This document shows positions 56,920-64,000 of a stretch of DNA of 64,000 nucleotides, one piece after another. Position 1 is the stretch's first letter; the number at the start of each line of letters is the position of its first letter. Location of the stretch: NCBI GenBank assembly GCA_964652685.1, contig CAZZBS010000001.1, positions 129,298-193,297 of the forward strand, read 5' to 3'. Position numbers and translations under genes: made by a program. The notes below the pieces were generated by a model that was not told the DNA's origin, did no database searches, and was given only the letters and a program-made list of their open reading frames with translations. The stretch comes from an uncultured Lentimicrobiaceae bacterium (GTDB taxonomy: Bacteria > Bacteroidota > Bacteroidia > Bacteroidales > SKPS01).

Positions 56920-58191
56920 TTATTCTTCAGAAGGTTTTACCTCTCCTTCATAAGTGTAGCCCATCGTTTCAATACCTTTCCTGATGGCCTCAAAATCGGG
57001 TTTGTCAACAGTAAAGGTTACAATGCCGGATTGAATGTCAGCACTTACTTCTGTCACACCCGGGATTTCTCTGATTACGGTTTCAACATTGTTCCTGCAA
57101 TGGTTGCATGTCATTCCCTGGACCGAAATACGATGAATATGTGTTGATATGAGATTTTGTTTTTGTGCTTTCCCTCTTAACCATCCCGACCTCCTTGCCA
57201 AAGCAAGAAGGATGAAGAAAACCATGATAACGAGTGAAACCTGGCTTATCCATTCAGGTATCAGATGGTGACCCTGCCCATGATGATCATGTGACATTAT
57301 GCTAAGGAAGTATGATGAAGGAAGCAACAGATCGGTAAGATAGCCGAAAAACAACGCTCCTCCGATGATCGAAGCAAGGTAAGCTATCAAGGTCCGTTTG
57401 CCCAATGTTTTACCGATAACAGTTATGGTTGCGATGTTGGTGGCAGGGCCTGCCATCAGGAACACCAGAGCAGCTCCCGGGCTAAGGCCTTTCATCATCA
57501 GGACAGCCGCAATGGGGACCGATCCTGTTGCACAAATATACAGAGGCACTGAGGCCACCAATACCATCAACATACTGATAAAAGGATTGCCTAAATAGCT
57601 GGTAAAAAATCCGTCAGGTATTGCAACAGCCATCAATGCAGCCAGCAATAGGCCAATCACCAACCATTTGGCTATATCCTCCATAAAGTCAATGAAAGCA
57701 TAATGCAGCATTCTGATCCAGGCAGGACGGGTATCCTTCACCCATGACCGGCTGGCATCTATTTCCGGCGTTGTATCATGGTTGGGTATCCGTAAGGCTG
57801 CAACACCACCGGCAATACCGGTAAGCAGAGCTGTTACAGGTCTGATAACCGCCATAGGCCATCCAAGCAATGACCAGGTCACCAGGATGGAATCCACCCC
57901 GGTCTGGGGTGTGCTGATCAGAAAAGAAACCGTAGCCGGTTTGGAAGCCCCATCCTTGTGGAAAGCAATCCCAGTGGGAATGACTCCACAGGAACACAGC
58001 GGCAGAGGGATCCCAACCAATGCCGCATATAAGGCTGATTTCAATGTCCTCCCCCCAAGATATCTGACGATTTTTTCCCTCCGGATATAGACGTGCAATA
58101 TGCCGGCAAAAACAAATCCCAGTAAAAGGTAGGGTGCCATCTCTGCTGAAAGGGCATGAAGTTCATGGAGGTATTGCCTGATTATTTGCAT
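56920..58191 (-). CDS. two-lobed permease (CSCG-type, putative Cu/Zn transporter) fused to C-terminal HMA domain
   Basis: About 10 TM segments, with PLPLCSCGVIPTG and VPLYICATGSVPIA half-site motifs. The C-terminal domain is SVQGMTCNHCRNNVETVIREIPGV...VTFTV, an HMA fold with CxxC. Confidence 0.8.
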   Translation of the reverse strand: MQIIRQYLHELHALSAEMAPYLLLGFVFAGILHVYIRREKIVRYLGGRTLKSALYAALVGIPLPLCSCGVIPTGIAFHKDGASKPATVSFLISTPQTGVDSILVTWSLLGWPMAVIRPVTALLTGIAGGVAALRIPNHDTTPEIDASRSWVKDTRPAWIRMLHYAFIDFMEDIAKWLVIGLLLAALMAVAIPDGFFTSYLGNPFISMLMVLVASVPLYICATGSVPIAAVLMMKGLSPGAALVFLMAGPATNIATITVIGKTLGKRTLIAYLASIIGGALFFGYLTDLLLPSSYFLSIMSHDHHGQGHHLIPEWISQVSLVIMVFFILLALARRSGWLRGKAQKQNLISTHIHRISVQGMTCNHCRNNVETVIREIPGVTEVSADIQSGIVTFTVDKPDFEAIRKGIETMGYTYEGEVKPSEE

Positions 58192-58219
58192 TATTGTGTA
58201 GATCTAACAATAACAGATA

Positions 58220-58227
58220 CAAATTTA
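58220..58227 (-). promoter_or_regulatory. -7 box TAAATTTG upstream of permease-HMA gene
   Basis: Exact match on the minus strand, 28 nt upstream of ATG 58191. A TTG lies 22 nt further upstream (CAA at 58250-58252 on the plus strand). Confidence 0.45.
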
Positions 58228-58286
58228 GAATAATTCTTAATAAGGATAACAATTTCCCCTCATCATTGTTTATTATCTAAATCCCA

Positions 58287-58305
58287 TGATATCCTGGGGA
58301 TATCA
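58287..58305. promoter_or_regulatory. perfect palindrome TGATATCC-TGG-GGATATCA upstream of permease-HMA gene
   Basis: 8-bp perfect inverted arms with a 3-nt spacer. It lies 96-114 nt upstream of ATG 58191 and ~60 nt upstream of the TAAATTTG box. The operator role is inferred only. Confidence 0.3.
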
Positions 58306-58350
58306 GATCAAAAAAGCACAAGGAATAGAAACTGAAGGTGCAATTCCCGA

Positions 58351-58590
58351 TTATTCGCTATCGGTCACATGGATAAAAAGTCCCCGGGAGGCGCAGAAAG
58401 GGCAATAAGGGTCTTCAAAAGAAAAAGTCCCTGAGCAAAGCTTACAAGTTTCCCGCTTTTCTGACTTACCTGACATATGAACCTGAGGCGCAATCCAATG
58501 CGTAAAAGGGATAAATAGTTCGATAAAAGAGGGTAACAAACGCAAAGTTGCTTTATTGGATGCTGTCAATGAATATAAGTTTGACTTCAT
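58351..58590 (-). CDS. hypothetical small protein with CxxC...CxxC zinc-ribbon-like C-terminus
   Basis: The 79-aa ORF starts 58 nt downstream of a TATTTTTG box, with an internal ATG at 58476 that would give 41 aa. It contains CKLCSGTFSFEDPYCPFC. No homology recognised. Confidence 0.3.
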   Translation of the reverse strand: MKSNLYSLTASNKATLRLLPSFIELFIPFTHWIAPQVHMSGKSEKRETCKLCSGTFSFEDPYCPFCASRGLFIHVTDSE

Positions 58591-58647
58591 ATCAGCAGAT
58601 AAATTTGATTGTTTAACGCAACCGTTTGCTTTTGGTTACAACGTTGG

Positions 58648-58655
58648 CAAAAATA
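58648..58655 (-). promoter_or_regulatory. -7 box TATTTTTG downstream of rsmA, upstream of small zinc-ribbon ORF
   Basis: Exact match on the minus strand, 57 nt upstream of ATG 58590. Confidence 0.35.
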
Positions 58656-58708
58656 TAAAAAAAACAACAAACAAGTATCATCTATCATTTTTTTTGTTTC
58701 ACCTATTA

Positions 58709-59482
58709 TCAGTTGTTATAAGATTGTACAGCTTCGTACAGGATCAGGAAATCTTCAATGCTTAACTGTTCAGCTCTCCTGGTTTCGAAGGGAATTTTCA
58801 TGTTTGGGCCGAAAGCTGATGCGATTGCATTTTTCAGCATTTTTCTACGCTGGTTAAAGGCGGCCCGTACAACCCGTACATACAGTTGCGGATCCGGGAC
58901 AAAGGGAGGGTGCTCTTTTTTTCTCAGGAAGACTACAGATGATTGTACCTTAGGGGGAGGCACAAAGACTTTTTCCCCAACAGAGAACAGAAGTTTAACA
59001 TCATACCAGGTCTGTAGCAATACACTCAGGATACCGTATTGCCGGTTGTCATGCGAAGCAGCGATCCGTTGAGCCACCTCTTTCTGAAACATACCGCAAA
59101 GGATGGGGATCCGATCATAATGCTCTATCAGCTTAAAAAGGATCTGGGATGATATATTATACGGGAAATTGCCTGTTATAGCGAACGGGCCTTCAAAAAT
59201 GTCATCAGGATCAAGGGTAAGAAAATCGCCGGTGATGATGTCATCAGGATGGAGGGAGGGAAGGTGATGCTGCAGGTATTGTACTGCTTCCCGGTCGATT
59301 TCAACCACTTTGAGCGGATTGGTACGTTTCAGGAGGAATTGGGTCAGCATGCCCATACCTGGCCCTATTTCAAGGATAGGAATCGCAGGATCCGGGATCA
59401 CGCCCGCAATCTTTTCAGCTATATTTCTGTCATTCAGAAAATGTTGTCCGAGCGCTTTTTTTGGCTTGACCCGTGTACTCAT
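58709..59482 (-). CDS. rsmA: 16S rRNA (adenine1518/1519-N6)-dimethyltransferase
   Basis: LGQHFLND, LEIGPGMGMLT and GNFPYNISS motifs of KsgA/RsmA. It overlaps the upstream TPR gene by 4 nt. Confidence 0.95.
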   Translation of the reverse strand: MSTRVKPKKALGQHFLNDRNIAEKIAGVIPDPAIPILEIGPGMGMLTQFLLKRTNPLKVVEIDREAVQYLQHHLPSLHPDDIITGDFLTLDPDDIFEGPFAITGNFPYNISSQILFKLIEHYDRIPILCGMFQKEVAQRIAASHDNRQYGILSVLLQTWYDVKLLFSVGEKVFVPPPKVQSSVVFLRKKEHPPFVPDPQLYVRVVRAAFNQRRKMLKNAIASAFGPNMKIPFETRRAEQLSIEDFLILYEAVQSYNN

Positions 59483-61305
59483 AAACTGATCTGTGTTCCC
59501 CTGAGTTCTCTGTACCTTTTCCTGGCCTCTGCCACGAAGATGCTTCCGGGATACCTATCGATAAGCTTTTCATAAAGTTCCAACGCTTTCTGGTTGTTTT
59601 TCAACTGATAATCATGCATCCTTGCCTGCATGACAAGTGCATTATCAGCCAGGATATCGTCCCCATACACTGCCAGAAGCTGCTCAAGGAGTGAATCTGC
59701 CGTATGAAAATCTTTCTTTGCTATATAGATCTCGGCTTTTTTCAGTAACACTTCATCCTGGATGTTATGGCGGGGAAAAAGTTCTGCAAGGGAATCGAGA
59801 AGCTTAAGAGCGAGGTCGGATTTCTTCCGGAAAGACAGCAGTTCTGCACGCGCATACATCGAAAGGGGAACGATATTGCTATCCTCCTCAAGATTATCAG
59901 AGATAAGCAGTGAAAGTTCCATGGCATCATTGGCAATGAGCTTTGAGGTTGCAGTCCGTAAGACATCCAGTTGTGTCCTGGCCCATTCAAATTCACCGAT
60001 ATAGAAGGATAGCCTGGCATTTTTATACTTAGCTTCAAAACCCACCGGGTCATATTTAAAGGCTTTTTCAACCTGGGAGTATAACAGGGTTGCCTCCCAG
60101 ACATCATTGTTCATCAGTTGGATATCGGCAAGGTCGATCTTACACTGCGCCATGACTTGCGGGCTTACGTTGGGGAGGGTCAACGCCAGTTCAAGCAGTT
60201 CCAAGGCATGTTCGACCTTGTCAAGATAAAATGCCCTCAAATGGGCCAGGTTCCGGATCAGTGTAATCGTGTTGTTGTTTTTTCCCAGATCATCCAGGAC
60301 TTTCTGATACTCTTCCTCAAGGGATGCAAGCTGTACATGATCGAAATCACCGGTGGACATCAGTTTGGAATACCGAACCTCCAGCAGGGTGATTTCAGCA
60401 CTCAGGTACAGGAAATGGGTAGCCCCTTTTGCCCTGATAAGCTCAAATGCTTCAATGGCCACATCATAGTATCCATTGGAAGCAGCAAGCTGGCCAACCC
60501 TGTAGACCGTTTCACCCTCATCCCTGGTTCTTTTTTCCATGGCTTTGGCCTGCATCAAAGCCAGCACAAATTCCTTCTGCTGCAGTGAATACCATAATAA
60601 TAACTCACTATAAACAATATTATCGGGAAATTTCTGGGTCCTCTCGATTAATTTTCCCTTGACCACCTGATTGAAATTTTCATCATTAAGGTTGTTCATC
60701 AGGTGTTGCAGAATATTCTGCACCTGTTCCGTTTTAGTTTCATCGCTGTTAACAAGGTCAAGGTATTCGTCCATCATCCCGGCAAAATTCCGAGCCGACT
60801 GGTACACACTAGCCAGTTCAAAGTAAAAAGGATAGGATTCAGGAACTATTTTTCTTCCTTTCAAATAAACATTAACCGCATAGTCGGGAAGGCGCCGGAT
60901 CAGAAAAGCATTGGCAAGGTCCACAACGGCCATTCGGGTTGGTTCTAATTTTTCGATTGCTTTTTCGTATTCCTTTTCTGCTTTTTTAAAATCGCCCTGA
61001 CTCTGGTACACATAACCCAGCTCGACCGTGAAGTCACGCCGCAGCTCCCTGGTAGGCTTCAATCCCTTCACTAACTTTTCAGCCTCCCTGTAGTTTTGAG
61101 ACTCAAGCAATGAACCGAGATAATAGGTGTAAAAGTAAGTGTTGGGTGTCTTTTTAAAAAGCTCCCCATACAACTCCGCCGCTTTATCGAATTCACCGGC
61201 ATTGTAATATTGCAAGGCCAGTTGCTCCGTCGTTTTGTCCTGTGCCAACAGCAGAAGCGGTATGTTCAACAGTATGATCAACCCTATCGTCGCACCCCTT
61301 TTCAT
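59479..61305 (-). CDS. tetratricopeptide-repeat protein, secreted/periplasmic
   Basis: Signal peptide (LIILLNIPLLLLA) followed by many 34-aa A/Y/L-patterned repeats along 608 aa. Confidence 0.75.
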   Translation of the reverse strand: MKRGATIGLIILLNIPLLLLAQDKTTEQLALQYYNAGEFDKAAELYGELFKKTPNTYFYTYYLGSLLESQNYREAEKLVKGLKPTRELRRDFTVELGYVYQSQGDFKKAEKEYEKAIEKLEPTRMAVVDLANAFLIRRLPDYAVNVYLKGRKIVPESYPFYFELASVYQSARNFAGMMDEYLDLVNSDETKTEQVQNILQHLMNNLNDENFNQVVKGKLIERTQKFPDNIVYSELLLWYSLQQKEFVLALMQAKAMEKRTRDEGETVYRVGQLAASNGYYDVAIEAFELIRAKGATHFLYLSAEITLLEVRYSKLMSTGDFDHVQLASLEEEYQKVLDDLGKNNNTITLIRNLAHLRAFYLDKVEHALELLELALTLPNVSPQVMAQCKIDLADIQLMNNDVWEATLLYSQVEKAFKYDPVGFEAKYKNARLSFYIGEFEWARTQLDVLRTATSKLIANDAMELSLLISDNLEEDSNIVPLSMYARAELLSFRKKSDLALKLLDSLAELFPRHNIQDEVLLKKAEIYIAKKDFHTADSLLEQLLAVYGDDILADNALVMQARMHDYQLKNNQKALELYEKLIDRYPGSIFVAEARKRYRELRGTQISL

Positions 61306-61316
61306 AGAAAAACAAT

Positions 61317-61976
61317 TTACCGTGACTTATTTGCCATTTTTTTCAATGTTTTCCTGTAGGATGCTATTGCCTCCGATGCGTATTGATGGAGGCTGTCAAG
61401 AACCTGTACTTCATTCCGGACACCTGTCATATATTTCAGAACATCCTGCTGAAGGGCAGAAACTGCAGAAGCTTCATTCAGGATATAGACCGGAACAGAA
61501 TCTTCAGGAATCTGGTTTCTTTTCACAGAGGCGTAAAGATCCTTCAACTGGCTTCCGTTTTCTGCCTGCAGCTGGCTCAGCCTCATAAATCTCCTGTGAT
61601 GCTTTTTCAAACTGCGATCGGTATTACTGTACTGGGTAATGAAAGTATAATATTCATTCCCTCTGATTTGTCCGGCGTCTTCAATACTATCCAGGATATC
61701 ATTAATTTTCTTCCAGTTTAACGTAAAAGTCTGCCTGGCTTTGAGCAATGCAACGGTATCAACATCAGCAAGTATTGAACCCATGCTGTCATTAATGACC
61801 ATCAGACTGTCGATCTGATTCAGTTCGCCATCAAACCTATGGGTGTGACAAGCGAAGCCTATGATCGTCAGGATAAAAACCGGGATCAGCATGAACTTCA
61901 TTAAGGGACGAGGGAATTTATACGGTGTTTTCACGATGAGGATATATTTATAAAAGATGTTACCAAAAAACATCAT
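61317..61976 (-). CDS. hypothetical (lipo)protein
   Basis: The internal start ATG 61901 gives MKFMLIPVFILTIIGFAC, a lipobox. The rest is helical, and no motif was recognised. Confidence 0.5.
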   Translation of the reverse strand: MMFFGNIFYKYILIVKTPYKFPRPLMKFMLIPVFILTIIGFACHTHRFDGELNQIDSLMVINDSMGSILADVDTVALLKARQTFTLNWKKINDILDSIEDAGQIRGNEYYTFITQYSNTDRSLKKHHRRFMRLSQLQAENGSQLKDLYASVKRNQIPEDSVPVYILNEASAVSALQQDVLKYMTGVRNEVQVLDSLHQYASEAIASYRKTLKKMANKSR

Positions 61977-62016
61977 CCTGGTAAATAATATTGTTAAGCC
62001 ATGGTGAATGTTGATG

Positions 62017-62024
62017 CAAAAATA
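62017..62024 (-). promoter_or_regulatory. -7 box TATTTTTG downstream of serS, upstream of hypothetical lipoprotein/TPR/rsmA genes
   Basis: Exact match on the minus strand, 40 nt upstream of ATG 61976. Confidence 0.35.
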
Positions 62025-62029
62025 CGGAA

Positions 62030-63301
62030 TTAAAAGATGTCCCTGAATCCGGTATATGTTATAAGTACTTCCGGTATTCGTATCCCATGGGGGTGTTGAT
62101 TGTTTTCAAGGATGGCTGCCATGATCCTTGGCAATGCGAGAGCACTCCCGTTAAGGGTATGGGCAAGCCTGATTTTTCCCATACTATCTTTAAATCTGAG
62201 TTTCAGACGGTTTGCCTGAAATGCTTCGAAGTTGGAGACGGAGCTTACTTCGAGCCATCTTTTCTGGGCGGCGGAATAGACCTCAAAATCGTAAGTCATG
62301 GCGGAGGCAAAGCTCATGTCTCCTCCACAGAGTCGCAGAATGCGGACAGGGAGTCCAAGCCCCTGAACCAGCCCTGTGACATGATCTCTCATCTCTTCCA
62401 GATGCTGGTAAGAGGTTTCAGGGTTGGCTATCTGCACGATTTCCACTTTATCGAACTGATGCAGCCGGTTCAGTCCCCGCACATCCTTGCCGTAAGAACC
62501 CGCTTCCCGCCGGAAACAGGATGAATACCCACAGAGTCTGACCGGGAGTTCATCCTGCTTCAGGATGACATCGCGAAAGATATTTGTCAGTGGCACCTCG
62601 GCGGTAGGGATCAGGTAGAACTTCTCCTCTGCCGTGGAGTACATTTGTCCCTCCTTATCGGGAAGCTGGCCCGTTCCGAAAGCAGAATCCTCATTGACCA
62701 GCAAAGGGGGCTGGTATTCCAGATAGCCGGCTTCTACCGCTTTGTCAAGGAAAAAGCTGATCAGTGCCCTCTGCAGTTTCGCACCTTTTCCGATGTAAAA
62801 AGGGAAACCCGATCCGGTTACCTTCGCCCCAAGATCAAAATCGATGATCCTGTATTTCGCCGCCAGCTCCCAGTGAGGCAAGGCATCGGGTGACAGCGTC
62901 GGGATTTCGCCCCATGAAAAAACCTCTTCATTCTGTTCTGCAGTCCTACCGGGAGGGACATCCTTGTGTGGCAGATTAGGTATACGAAGCATCAGATCGA
63001 TGATTTCCTGTTCAACGGAACTCATCTTTTCGGAAAATCCCTTCACCTTTCCCTTGATCTCCTGAGAATGCTGTTTCAGCGTTTCTGCCTCCTCTTTCTT
63101 TCCCTCCTTCATCAATAAAGGGATGGCTTTTGATATCCGGTTCCCTTCAGACAGCATATTGTCCAACTGCTGCTGAAGATTCCTTTTTTGCCGGTCAAGG
63201 TCAATGATCTGCCCGATCATCGCAGCAGCATCAACATTTTTCACAGCCAGCCGTTGCACCACAAAATCGGGATTTTCCCTGATGGTTTGTATCTGTAACA
63301 T
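62030..63301 (-). CDS. serS: serine--tRNA ligase
   Basis: N-terminal coiled-coil arm (MLQIQTIRENPDFV...) and a class II core (FRRE, GSALA...PR); 423 aa. Confidence 0.95.
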   Translation of the reverse strand: MLQIQTIRENPDFVVQRLAVKNVDAAAMIGQIIDLDRQKRNLQQQLDNMLSEGNRISKAIPLLMKEGKKEEAETLKQHSQEIKGKVKGFSEKMSSVEQEIIDLMLRIPNLPHKDVPPGRTAEQNEEVFSWGEIPTLSPDALPHWELAAKYRIIDFDLGAKVTGSGFPFYIGKGAKLQRALISFFLDKAVEAGYLEYQPPLLVNEDSAFGTGQLPDKEGQMYSTAEEKFYLIPTAEVPLTNIFRDVILKQDELPVRLCGYSSCFRREAGSYGKDVRGLNRLHQFDKVEIVQIANPETSYQHLEEMRDHVTGLVQGLGLPVRILRLCGGDMSFASAMTYDFEVYSAAQKRWLEVSSVSNFEAFQANRLKLRFKDSMGKIRLAHTLNGSALALPRIMAAILENNQHPHGIRIPEVLITYTGFRDIF

Positions 63302-63350
63302 GATGTGATCAAATCATTTATTGTCAATTGTCAAAGGGGGTGCAAGGTAC

Positions 63351-63373
63351 AAAAAAACCCGGAGGGAACCGGG
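63351..63373 (-). terminator. rho-independent terminator after rpmA
   Basis: The minus strand reads CCCGG-TTCCCT-CCGGG followed by TTTTTTT, 27 nt after the rpmA stop. Confidence 0.55.
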
Positions 63374-63399
63374 AATTTTCAATGTGTTCGGGTGTTATT

Positions 63400-63669
63400 T
63401 CAGTTTTTTTCCTCTTCAAACGGGATGACAGAAACGAAGGATTTGTTGCCTTGTTTTCTGTTGAACTGCACCACACCATCGGTCATGGCAAAAATGGTAT
63501 GGTCCTTACCCATGCCGACATTTTGCCCCGGGTGATGCTTTGTGCCACGCTGCCTGATGATGATATTACCGGCAACAGCTGCCTGACCGCCGAATATTTT
63601 AACACCAAGCCGTTTGCTTTCCGATTCGCGGCCGTTCTGTGAACTGCCTGCACCTTTCTTGTGTGCCAT
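63400..63669 (-). CDS. rpmA: 50S ribosomal protein L27
   Basis: [29 protein letters not shown] is the canonical L27 N-terminus. Confidence 0.95.
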   Translation of the reverse strand: MAHKKGAGSSQNGRESESKRLGVKIFGGQAAVAGNIIIRQRGTKHHPGQNVGMGKDHTIFAMTDGVVQFNRKQGNKSFVSVIPFEEEKN

Positions 63670-63690
63670 GATATGCTAAATTAATAATGA

Positions 63691-63999
63691 TTACTCAACG
63701 TTTTCACCAGGGACTTCAGTAACAACCTCCTCTGAAGTTGCCTCCTTTTTGGTTGCCCGTTTTTTTGATTCCTTGGCAGATATTTTATCAATCCTGATCT
63801 GGCTGAGATACTGACGATGCCCATTCAGTTTCTCATAGCCTTTTCTTCTTTTCTTCTTGAAAACGAGCACCTTGTCACCTTTGAGGTGTGTCAGGATCGT
63901 TGCTGTAACGGAGGCCCCATCAATGACAGGTTGACCGATCTGGATTTTACCATCCGTGTCGATCATCAACACCTTCCCGAAGGTGACCGAACTTCCCTC
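63691..63999 (-). CDS. rplU: 50S ribosomal protein L21 (5' end outside window)
   Basis: The frame stays open to the window edge (...EGSSVTFGKVLMIDTDGKIQIGQPV...KVLVFKKKRRKGYEKLNGHRQYLSQIRI) and ends in a Lys/Glu-rich tail. It lies upstream of rpmA. Confidence 0.9.
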   Translation of the reverse strand, partial: EGSSVTFGKVLMIDTDGKIQIGQPVIDGASVTATILTHLKGDKVLVFKKKRRKGYEKLNGHRQYLSQIRIDKISAKESKKRATKKEATSEEVVTEVPGENVE

Positions 64000-64000
64000 T

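Noticed and set aside
63321-63334. Tandem TTGTCAA-TTGTCAA repeat upstream of serS
   Set aside because: Only two 7-nt copies with no palindromic partner. This is likely chance or part of the promoter context.
1-64000. Looked for CRISPR arrays, tRNA/rRNA genes (e.g. GGTTCGAATCC T-arm), transposases or integrases, phage genes and known defence-system enzymes
   Set aside because: Intergenic gaps are all 325 nt or shorter and contain no spaced direct repeats or tRNA-like arms. No ORF shows recombinase, nuclease-helicase defence or phage structural signatures. The window reads as core chromosome.

Overview
This window looks like a chromosomal segment of a Bacteroidota genome, probably from an anaerobic fermenter. 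The evidence is a gldK/L/M/N plus porP type IX secretion (T9SS) cluster, T9SS C-terminal sorting domains, many TAnnTTTG -7 promoter boxes and no Shine-Dalgarno-led starts. About 52 protein genes are packed tightly and most are housekeeping: pheT, serS, topA, priA, recG, mutY, miaB, rsmA, tsaB, prfB, rng, pfkA, L21/L27 and HU. Metabolic genes include ptb-buk, methylmalonyl-CoA mutase mutAB, an acyl-CoA dehydrogenase and a polyamine operon. I found no rRNA, tRNA, CRISPR array, transposase, integrase or obvious defence gene.

The least explained content is a self-contained three-gene unit at 1472-5059. It encodes a membrane-anchored Cys/His-rich protein, a TonB-dependent receptor with a CC pair in its plug, and a periplasmic HMA protein with a tandem H-K-C repeat tail. 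I read it as a candidate uncharacterised metal-trafficking system.

Other points worth a second look:
- A fused SpeD-SpeE gene that overlaps speB.
- A prfB +1 frameshift site with an AGGAGG stimulator.
- A 29-aa ultra-basic ORF (bS22/mS38-like) that the ORF track misses.
- An arginase-fold protein with an apparently degenerate Mn site next to the T9SS operon.
- A 1009-aa protein with a serine-hydrolase domain and a GH3-like N-terminal region that looks inactive.
- A T9SS cargo protein with a CxxCH motif.
- A permease-HMA fusion preceded by a perfect palindrome and a small zinc-ribbon ORF.

All functional calls come from reading motifs by eye. No database search, HMM or folding program was run.
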